Assembly (NCBI GenBank): GCA_017631175.1
Contig: JAGBTT010000197.1
Location: 1 to 56,236, forward strand
Source of the DNA: Bacteroidales bacterium
GTDB taxonomy: Bacteria; Bacteroidota; Bacteroidia; Bacteroidales; UBA932
Reading direction: 5' to 3'
DNA length: 56,236 nt
Shown: positions 8,435 through 16,098 of the stretch, in pieces
Position numbering within the stretch: position 1 is the stretch's first letter
Layout: the number at the start of each line of letters is the position of its first letter
The notes under the pieces: generated by a model
What the model was told of the DNA's origin: nothing
Databases searched by the model: none
The model's input: the letters and a program-made list of their open reading frames with translations, nothing else
Position numbers and translations under genes: made by a program

Positions 8435-10723
8435 CTAAATCTTCATGAGTCTTTGATATTGGCCAAAGTTGCCGGTTATTCTAAAGGTCTCCTCGAAAAT
8501 CTTCATGTACATCTGAATAACAGCATCGCTCGGAGCATCTTTGAAATCATTCATATCTGCACTGTGGGATCCTTCGTTGAGCCACTCAATAAGATTCCTG
8601 AAACAGTCTGCCTCTTTATCCTTACCTTCATTTTTGAACATTGTAGCGATATCAAAGTTTGATAATCCGCAGGTGTTAGAGAAAAAGGTTTCATATATGC
8701 GCCTCATCGTGTTCTGAATCGTATACTTATACTCTTTGTTCTCTCCGCTGTTACTGCTGTTGATCTTCTCGTATGCACTTTTCATCAGGCTCCAAAGTGA
8801 GTTGTATTCACTCTCGACGTTGTTTTCCTGTGAACACGAATTTAGAACGGTTTTATGAGTGCAAAAATCCTTCTCTATAATGAAGAAGGTTTTCTTCTTC
8901 CTTTCTTTGTCGAACGCGACAGGGGATAATGAGAGTGACTTGTGGAAGTGTATGTTATGAGTCAAAACGATAACCTGTTTGATGTTGTCGTTGAAGTCGC
9001 CACATCGGAACATCAGATTTTTAACTTCTCTTGCTACGAATGAAAGGATACCATTATCCAGGCTGGAGATTGGGTCATCTATTACGGCAATGATATTCCT
9101 ATTTTGCGTATTTGCGTTAGTGCTTCCGTCAAGCAGGTGAATGTAATAGAGGAAGGAGATTAGAGTTTCTTCTCCCTCACTAAGTGTGTTGGAAGCGATC
9201 TCTCCAGTTTGTCTTACAATCTGGTACGATGATTGGTCGTAGCTTTTAAGTCTGAAACTATTGAATTGAAGTCTTTCAAGTATCTGGTTAACGCGCTCAA
9301 CTACAGCAGTCGAATCTGAAGACTGTGCACGTAATTCAGAGATTTCCTTGTTGAATGAAATCTCCTCTTGCTGTAGTTTATCTTGCTTTAGCTTGATGGC
9401 TTGCTCATCAGCTATGGCTGCGACTCTCTGCTGATAGTATAATTCAATTCCAGACTTGTATTTGTTTACTAGGAAATCCCATACTTGTTCAGGAAGTTTG
9501 CTTTTCAGCTTGTTCTTGTGTGCAATAAGGGAATTTCTCTCCGATACAGAGTTGTTCACTCCTTCAATGAAATCTTCAAGCTCGTCGTATAACATTGTAC
9601 CATCCTCTAGGTCAATCTTATCGCTAGGAGATGTGGTCTTCTTTGCCATTGAAGCAAGATTCAGCTTATGGTGCTTCTTGAGTCCGGAGATGATTCCTTT
9701 CAATTTGTCCGCATCAACATATTCAGAGTATTTTGAGTTGTTGAGCAGGTTTGTTAAGAACTCAACTAAAAGAGTAGTAGCAGATTTGTACTCCTCAGTA
9801 AATCGTTCAATTTTATTGACTTCGTTCTTGTATTCGTCATTGAAGTAATTATTGAACTTCTCAATGAGGTCACCGCTTATTGTGTGTTGCTGGCAGAAAG
9901 GACATACTCCTTTAGTCTTATCCATTTTGCTGATTCCCTGTCTCACCCAGTCGCTGATGCCTAAATTGTTGATGAATCCTGCAAAGTCAACATCTCCGCT
10001 ACCGATGATAACTTTGTTCCAGATATTCTCTTGTTCGATGGATTTGAGAGGAGCTAAGTTTGGAAGATTAATGGTGGAAAGAGGGTCTACATCTTTTGTG
10101 TTAACGATGCCGATTGTCTTTCTGATGTCCGCTTCAGACAATACTGTCACTGAACCGATCCTATGAAAGACCTCAAGAATCTTATCGATTCTTTTGTTGT
10201 TATCTCTCTTGAGACCGTCCATGGATTTGGCAAAAAGGCTATTAGCCTCATCGCTGATGCGAGAGTCGATACCCGCTAAGAGTGCTTGGAATAGAGAACC
10301 GCCAAAAAGGTAGCTCTCTTTAACCTGTTGTAGAGCGGTAGTTAAGTCTTCTGCCTCTGTTCTAATAGTTCTTAATTCGTCCTGGATTTCCTGGATTCTT
10401 TTACTGTTGTCAACGGCACTTTTACCCATAACGAAAACGCCTGGGATTGTCGTTTTTCCAATATTCTCTTTTTTGAAGGCTCTATTATAGACTATGATCT
10501 CAGGGGAAGCATCTCTGTCCCACTGTACCTGACAGCCTAAAAATTGAGGTGGAATCGCTTCACCTGCAATCCTATTCTTGCTGTAGTGTTTCAAATAGTT
10601 TGATATTGTGGTCTTTCCGGTACCGTTGGGACCGTAAATGAGATTGACTTTATTCAAGTCATCAAAAGTTACACCGACGTTGTCATACGTGGCAACGTTG
10701 CGCATTGTTATCGACTTAAGCAT
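8435..10723 (-). CDS. rloC: RloC-like AAA_13 ABC-ATPase / HEPN anticodon nuclease
   Basis: GPNGTGKT, zinc hook CPFCQQ within a coiled coil, LSEGE, IDDPISSLD, LTHN, C-terminal NTMRRIYETFF...NEGSH. Confidence 0.82.
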   Translation of the reverse strand: MLKSITMRNVATYDNVGVTFDDLNKVNLIYGPNGTGKTTISNYLKHYSKNRIAGEAIPPQFLGCQVQWDRDASPEIIVYNRAFKKENIGKTTIPGVFVMGKSAVDNSKRIQEIQDELRTIRTEAEDLTTALQQVKESYLFGGSLFQALLAGIDSRISDEANSLFAKSMDGLKRDNNKRIDKILEVFHRIGSVTVLSEADIRKTIGIVNTKDVDPLSTINLPNLAPLKSIEQENIWNKVIIGSGDVDFAGFINNLGISDWVRQGISKMDKTKGVCPFCQQHTISGDLIEKFNNYFNDEYKNEVNKIERFTEEYKSATTLLVEFLTNLLNNSKYSEYVDADKLKGIISGLKKHHKLNLASMAKKTTSPSDKIDLEDGTMLYDELEDFIEGVNNSVSERNSLIAHKNKLKSKLPEQVWDFLVNKYKSGIELYYQQRVAAIADEQAIKLKQDKLQQEEISFNKEISELRAQSSDSTAVVERVNQILERLQFNSFRLKSYDQSSYQIVRQTGEIASNTLSEGEETLISFLYYIHLLDGSTNANTQNRNIIAVIDDPISSLDNGILSFVAREVKNLMFRCGDFNDNIKQVIVLTHNIHFHKSLSLSPVAFDKERKKKTFFIIEKDFCTHKTVLNSCSQENNVESEYNSLWSLMKSAYEKINSSNSGENKEYKYTIQNTMRRIYETFFSNTCGLSNFDIATMFKNEGKDKEADCFRNLIEWLNEGSHSADMNDFKDAPSDAVIQMYMKIFEETFRITGNFGQYQRLMKI

Positions 10724-10840
10724 AGGGTTTCACCATTAAATGTTCAAATTTAACAATTTACCTCTACTTCTACTCGATAATTATATGAATGTTACAGCTA
10801 ATGATAGAAAAAATGTTGTTAAGGGCCGTCGATAATGAAT

Positions 10841-11072
10841 AAGGTGGAGAAAGAGCCCGAATCCTTCACCACCTTTCACAGAGCCGATAAGTGACTAATC
10901 GGATATCTGTATGAGAGTATACAAAAGAAGCGTGGACGGATCCACGCTGCAGTCCCTTGGCTTCTCGAAAGGCCATGACTATACAACGGAATCACGCCCA
11001 CGCAAAACGTAGGCGCTCATGCACGTTGTCTCCTAGTCAATTAAATTTTTCGAGAATTTAGGGACGGATCCA
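10841..11072 (-). ncRNA. Highly structured 5' leader or ncRNA upstream of rloC
   Basis: Nested complementary pairs gtccct/agggac, ttctcgaaa/tttcgagaa, tgacta/tagtca, acaacg/cgttgt; extra hairpins near 10841-10875, 10885-10902 and 10929-10948; lies between the -7 box and rloC. Confidence 0.5.
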
Positions 11073-11128
11073 ACAGCAAAAACGCTATCTTTTTCAATAT
11101 GTTTCTTAAAATTTCCTTGCGGATAATG

Positions 11129-11136
11129 CAAAGATA
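11129..11136 (-). promoter_or_regulatory. -7 promoter box (TATCTTTG) driving the rloC leader
   Basis: TAnnTTTG consensus on the minus strand. Confidence 0.6.
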
Positions 11137-11214
11137 AAAGTTTTCTTTGAAATACGATATATCTTCAAAGTGCAACTCTGAATGAGCCTATGAGACTATC
11201 TGCACAATATTCCT

Positions 11215-11222
11215 TATATTTG
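11215..11222 (+). promoter_or_regulatory. Divergent -7 promoter box (TATATTTG)
   Basis: TAnnTTTG consensus, back-to-back with the rloC promoter. Confidence 0.5.
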
Positions 11223-11494
11223 TACATGTAAGCGTCTTATGACGCCATAGAGGCTCTTTTGTCATCCCCGGATTCGCAGGAACCTGTGCGCACTCCTGAC
11301 ATCCCATTGTTTCATCATACGGGCCCGATTGCGTATGATGAAATACGCTTTGCCAAAAGGATGCAGGAACGGTTCATGCGACGTCGTGGTCCCTGACTTA
11401 TGAGCCCAGCCGCGTCATTCAGACGAATATTATCCACTCTCAGTGAGAACTGAATACCGGTACGATGTGCTTGCTGACCAAACAGCAAAGTAAA

Positions 11495-11794
11495 ATGAAA
11501 AAACAACACAGAATCAAAAGTGACTCATCGGAGTTGATCCAGACAACTCAGCCGCAGAATCTAGAGCTTGCTCAAAAGAAGGCGCTTGACGACTGCGCAA
11601 AAGCGCTTCAGAGCATCACCGATCTTCACGAACTCGTGAAAGCAACTAATCACCCAACGCATGGAAATATCCGTGATTCAAAGGAGAGCCTTTGTGATGC
11701 TATGGTCAATCTTGCCATATTTGCCTCAAAGGGTCTTGGACGTGTAAGGATTCAGGAAATCCTGGCAGGGTATGGCCTAGAGGAGATCTTCTAG
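11495..11794 (+). CDS. Small helical hypothetical protein (alternative start 11465)
   Basis: ORF with A-rich initiation context, followed by a terminator. Confidence 0.6.
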   Translation: MKKQHRIKSDSSELIQTTQPQNLELAQKKALDDCAKALQSITDLHELVKATNHPTHGNIRDSKESLCDAMVNLAIFASKGLGRVRIQEILAGYGLEEIF

Positions 11795-11817
11795 ATGGCA
11801 GACTGATACGTATCGGT

Positions 11818-11847
11818 GGGGTGGCAGGTTGATCTGCCGCCCCTTTT
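11818..11847 (+). terminator. Intrinsic terminator
   Basis: ggggtggcag-gttgat-ctgccgcccc-tttt. Confidence 0.75.
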
Positions 11848-11988
11848 GATGATGTGTTACATTCATAGAATTTGTAGGTCTTATGTAGGAAGTGCTTATT
11901 ATCAAATATCTATAGCGTTCCAAATTGTCTGACGTTGACAAATGTTACTGGAAATATTAATTACCTTTGTTGTATAATCATGAAATAT

Positions 11989-14583
11989 ATGAGTAACGTA
12001 GACTATCACCTTACGGATTCAGAATTACTAAACAAGTACGGCTTCAAACCATGCGCTTCATATGGTAGTATGGCAATGAATATGATTGCCTTATATTGTG
12101 CAAGGCACGGGTATCATATTGAAATTTATCAAGAAGGTGAAAAGCAAAAGGAGTATTTGGAACAATTGGCTAGCAAATTACCATACAATCCAAGAAGGCT
12201 CTTGCAAAGTTCAGTATTGGATCTTGCCAGCTCGTTTTATGCCGAGCAGTTCGCATGGATAGATTATATAGTGCGTACAGTTCCTAAAGAAGAGTTTCAG
12301 TATGAGTATCCATTAGTCTTGTCGGTTCTTTGCAATCAATTGCATATCAAGTGCGATGATCTTGATCAACTCAAGTTTGAGTGGGCCGTTAAGTTGTATT
12401 TATCTGACGTACTTTCTGCCGATGAACCATATTATGCGGGTACTGGGGGTGTATTAGAAGATTTGATATTAAGCGAGCTGATATATTCATCGGATGTGCC
12501 CACTATAGGGATACAATCAGATGAATCTAATCCGAGTCAAACAACTGATGACAGTGATCTGGATGATTATTTCGATTGTTCACCTAGGGATATTGAAGTG
12601 TTGCAAGAAAGAGATTTCAATCATGAACTCATGCATGGGCTGGATAGGTGTTATGAAAGAGGTGGCTTTTATGCAATCTTTCATTACGACACTAAGTTTA
12701 GTACAGACACCATTAAGCATGAGCTAATAAAATCCATGCTTGAGCAGGGGTTCGTTAAGGAGGTTATAACAGACGGAATTCGTAATATTGTAGTGGTAGG
12801 AATTTATGGCGGGTATGATTCTGTTGCCTTCAAATATTTTGATGGACAAAATATTGTGGAACATGAAGAACTCCGTGACCCTGTTCCATATCCTATTATC
12901 GCAGGATACGGGTACAATCTATACCCTTCGCATTATATCGAGGAAAAGGCTTCTGATGGAAAAGAACTTGTGGCTATTGGAGATCTGTGTGAGATTGATG
13001 ACGATAGTATGCAGGAACTTATAGAAGATTCCAGAACCTATAATTCTTTGCCGAGGTATTATTTCTCTAATGACATTCAAGAAGTATTAGCAAATGCAGA
13101 AAGTCCTAAAAACTATAGGGTTTCACTTCTTGCATCAATATACAAGGGTTCTCATCTTCACATAAATAGCCAGGGAGAGATGTTCCTCAATAACTTACCG
13201 GGATATTATATGTGCCCAGAAGATGCTGGATGTGCGTTAAGGATAAAGGATGACTTGATTTCATCAGATTATCTTGCTTATGTCCTTCATCATAACAAAC
13301 TATTGGCAAAATTTCTTTCGACTAAACCCACAACAGAAATACTTCTTAAAAGAAAGATAGCCATACTGAAGGATCGTGATTCACAGGATGCGCTTATGGC
13401 AGATTTTTACGAGAAGACTTCAAGTATAGTAAGTTCTGACTCTATCTATAGGGTGGCGATAGTGGATTCAGTCTCTAGTGAAGAACAAGATTTCATGTCT
13501 TGGGGATTGGAGACGTGTTGCTATTGCCATATTCAAGGCGATGAGGGGCTGCTGTTTGCAATTGGAAAGGGGGATTATACTCCCGATGCCATTATAGTTG
13601 ATGCGATGGTAGATTCAATAAGGGATAGATACAAAGGTTTGAGGGAATTATTGGCAGTGGTACGCAAACAGGAAATTCCAGTGTTTGTCTATACGGATGT
13701 TCCAGAGTGTTATCTCCAAGACGATTTGTATGATGAAGAATATAAGTACATCGTCAACGGACGTTACTTCAGTAAATCCGATGATGGTTCTTTGGAGAAG
13801 TTGGTAAAGACGCTGCGAGAAGAACTTGATGGTGAAGATAATGTCATCGCAAAGATAAAAGGACAGTATGCCCGTGAATTTGAAGCTGCAAATTGGCTTG
13901 ATTCAAAATTCCCTAAACTAAATACGGCTTCAGCGTTGACGTATGCCTTGACTCAGCCTAATAAGTCTTTTACAACGCTGAGGGGAGTTCTCAACAGACT
14001 TTATCGTCTTGTTTTTGATGAGATTCGAAGAGGTTTTTCATCCGATCAAGTGAAGAACATTGGAATGCTTCCGGCTCTGTTAAGGGATGGCTCATTCATA
14101 GATAAAGATCAGGCTATCTACATAGTGCATGGAAACATTATGCCTTTACCGCTTGCGGTCGCTCTTCGCTATGCAAGTGATATTGCAAATGGAGCTGTGC
14201 ATGAAGAAGATGTGGTGAAGATGGATGTGAAAGGCTATTTAAGCCTATTGCGTTCCGAAAATCTTGCACACACTTTGATAAGAATCATAATGGATTTTAT
14301 CCTATGGCTTAAAGAGGTGAATTTTGAGTTTGACGGTTATTGCACAGCAGAAGATGTGAACATGCTGCACGACGTCTGCTGGTCTGGAATTCTGTCACAG
14401 GGGAATAATACTGAGGAGTATTATTGTGAGACGAGTGATGCGGGAAAGGTTCATGTTAATCTTAGGTTAAAGAAGGATCCGATTTATCTTGGTAAAGAAA
14501 TAGTAATTACCAAGGTTAAACGTGAAACCAAGTATCGCCGCAAGTACCAATGGGTAACGTATACTTGGGAGTATAAGAAATAG
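11989..14583 (+). CDS. Multidomain protein: degenerate MTase/TRD-like region + receiver (REC)-like domain + helical C-terminal region
   Basis: LVAIGDLCEI...DYLAYVL...KIAIL (TRD-like); RVAIVD...PDAIIVDA...IPVFVYT (REC-like). TACCTTTG box at 11962 argues for a start at 11980 or 11989 rather than 11935. Confidence 0.6.
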   Translation: MSNVDYHLTDSELLNKYGFKPCASYGSMAMNMIALYCARHGYHIEIYQEGEKQKEYLEQLASKLPYNPRRLLQSSVLDLASSFYAEQFAWIDYIVRTVPKEEFQYEYPLVLSVLCNQLHIKCDDLDQLKFEWAVKLYLSDVLSADEPYYAGTGGVLEDLILSELIYSSDVPTIGIQSDESNPSQTTDDSDLDDYFDCSPRDIEVLQERDFNHELMHGLDRCYERGGFYAIFHYDTKFSTDTIKHELIKSMLEQGFVKEVITDGIRNIVVVGIYGGYDSVAFKYFDGQNIVEHEELRDPVPYPIIAGYGYNLYPSHYIEEKASDGKELVAIGDLCEIDDDSMQELIEDSRTYNSLPRYYFSNDIQEVLANAESPKNYRVSLLASIYKGSHLHINSQGEMFLNNLPGYYMCPEDAGCALRIKDDLISSDYLAYVLHHNKLLAKFLSTKPTTEILLKRKIAILKDRDSQDALMADFYEKTSSIVSSDSIYRVAIVDSVSSEEQDFMSWGLETCCYCHIQGDEGLLFAIGKGDYTPDAIIVDAMVDSIRDRYKGLRELLAVVRKQEIPVFVYTDVPECYLQDDLYDEEYKYIVNGRYFSKSDDGSLEKLVKTLREELDGEDNVIAKIKGQYAREFEAANWLDSKFPKLNTASALTYALTQPNKSFTTLRGVLNRLYRLVFDEIRRGFSSDQVKNIGMLPALLRDGSFIDKDQAIYIVHGNIMPLPLAVALRYASDIANGAVHEEDVVKMDVKGYLSLLRSENLAHTLIRIIMDFILWLKEVNFEFDGYCTAEDVNMLHDVCWSGILSQGNNTEEYYCETSDAGKVHVNLRLKKDPIYLGKEIVITKVKRETKYRRKYQWVTYTWEYKK

Positions 14584-14607
14584 TGAGATAGACTTGTCGT
14601 CCCGTCC

Positions 14608-14810
14608 TCCGCCTCTGCAATCCGCGAAGTTGCCACATCTCCAGGACTGCGCAAGGGCATCGCCTCACTCTGATGCTCGTGAGTGCGGACAAGTCCGCCG
14701 TAAACAAAAGCGCAGAAGAATCATGTGTTATCCATGAACTTCTGCGTTTTCTTTCGCTGACCCTTGCTCGTCTTCTGAAGCTGCGTCATCAAGGCTTCTG
14801 CAAGGGCGGA
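14608..14810. other. ~200-nt long-range fold-back element
   Basis: tccgcc(14608)/ggcgga(14805), gcaaggg(14651)/cccttgc(14761), inner cgcagaag/cttctgcg; GC-rich, non-coding, at the composition boundary. Confidence 0.55.
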
Positions 14811-14847
14811 AACTTTAAGTAAATCTTGTTTCCTTTGGAATAATTCC

Positions 14848-14855
14848 TACCTTTG
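14848..14855 (+). promoter_or_regulatory. -7 promoter box (TACCTTTG) followed by a hairpin and T-run
   Basis: TAnnTTTG; agacatc...gatgtct-tttt immediately downstream. Confidence 0.55.
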
Positions 14856-15166
14856 CAGACATCTAAGGATGGCCAAACGATTCGACGCTCTTGTCGGATG
14901 TCTTTTTCTGAAATCTGTAATGTACGCGAGGCCATCAATCAGTGTTACATATTAAATTTTGTTGTGGAATGAAGACATTATTCGACATGATCTTTGGCGT
15001 TGTCAAGTTTACGTTCAAAGTGACTTTCTGGATTATCGGTGTGGTCATAGCTCTGCTTATCGGCAGCTGTCCAGATTAATTTTCAAACACATAACTACGG
15101 TAGTGGAATGGTCTGAAAAGATCGCTCCACGCGTAAAGAACACCCTAAAGTCAAACTAATAGCTTA

Positions 15167-16060
15167 TTGATTATGAAAAGTTTCCTGATCACATGCATAT
15201 GCATGATGCTTTTGACATCTGTTGCCAATGCTTCCGAAAAGCCGGAATATTTTCAGAAGGGAACCTTCTTCTCGGTCGACCTTTCTGCCGGAAATATTTT
15301 CAATGAAAGGGTAAATACCTCGTATGGAATAGACATGGCAGCGGGCTATCGATTCTGCCCTCAGTTCGTCCTGGCCGCAGGCTTCGGTGGATATTCATAT
15401 AAGAACGCTACAGCCACAGTAAGCGGCGGTGAGCTGCGCAATAATCAGACAACATCGGTTCCTGTATTCCTTCGGCTCAGAAGTGATATCCTTGACAGGA
15501 AGATCAGTCCTTATGTGCAGCTGGATCTTGGTTATTCATTCGTATTCCTGTACTCGCGTGATGCATCAGACAAGATCAAGTATAATGACCAGGTGTTCAT
15601 CCATAGGGTGAAGGAAATGGGATTTGCATCGCTTGATCTCTACGAGGAGTTCTTCAGAGGAGAGTATGCTGATCATACTGCACAGACTGTCGATGCTCTT
15701 TGGAACGCTGAGCTCTCGCGCCTGAAGCAGTTCACTAACGGCAGATACGAATACATCCCGATGGAGGATGTACACATGCAGTACGGCAAGAAGGGGCTCT
15801 TCTTTAATCTTGAGTTCGGTGCATGTTGGCAGGTGTGCGACAAGATAAGGATGAATGCAGGTGTGTCTGCAGGTCTTTCGCAATCATACTACGGTACGTG
15901 TCTGAGAACGATTGACAACAGGTTTCTGCAGTTCGGCAGAGTTGATTTCCTACCGTATGAGAAGGAAGAGAATAAGGGGTACGTCCGGACTCTTGGAACT
16001 CCGGATTTCAAGGACAGTTTCGAGCTTGACTTGAAGGTTAAGATTGGTTTTACTTTTTAA
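15167..16060 (+). CDS. Outer-membrane beta-barrel protein (8-strand type) with large loop insertions
   Basis: Signal peptide ending ANA-S; AGYRF, VPVFLRLR, SPYVQLDLGY strands; C-terminal KIGFTF barrel signal. Confidence 0.75.
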   Translation: MIMKSFLITCICMMLLTSVANASEKPEYFQKGTFFSVDLSAGNIFNERVNTSYGIDMAAGYRFCPQFVLAAGFGGYSYKNATATVSGGELRNNQTTSVPVFLRLRSDILDRKISPYVQLDLGYSFVFLYSRDASDKIKYNDQVFIHRVKEMGFASLDLYEEFFRGEYADHTAQTVDALWNAELSRLKQFTNGRYEYIPMEDVHMQYGKKGLFFNLEFGACWQVCDKIRMNAGVSAGLSQSYYGTCLRTIDNRFLQFGRVDFLPYEKEENKGYVRTLGTPDFKDSFELDLKVKIGFTF

Positions 16061-16064
16061 TGCA

Positions 16065-16092
16065 AAAGAGGAGTCCAGGTGGGCTCCTCTTT
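16065..16092. terminator. Bidirectional intrinsic terminator
   Basis: aaagaggagtcc...gggctcctcttt between convergent genes. Confidence 0.75.
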
Positions 16093-16098
16093 GTCTTG

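Noticed and set aside
14959-15159. 66-aa ORF upstream of the OMP gene
   Set aside because: TTG start, no motifs or coding support.
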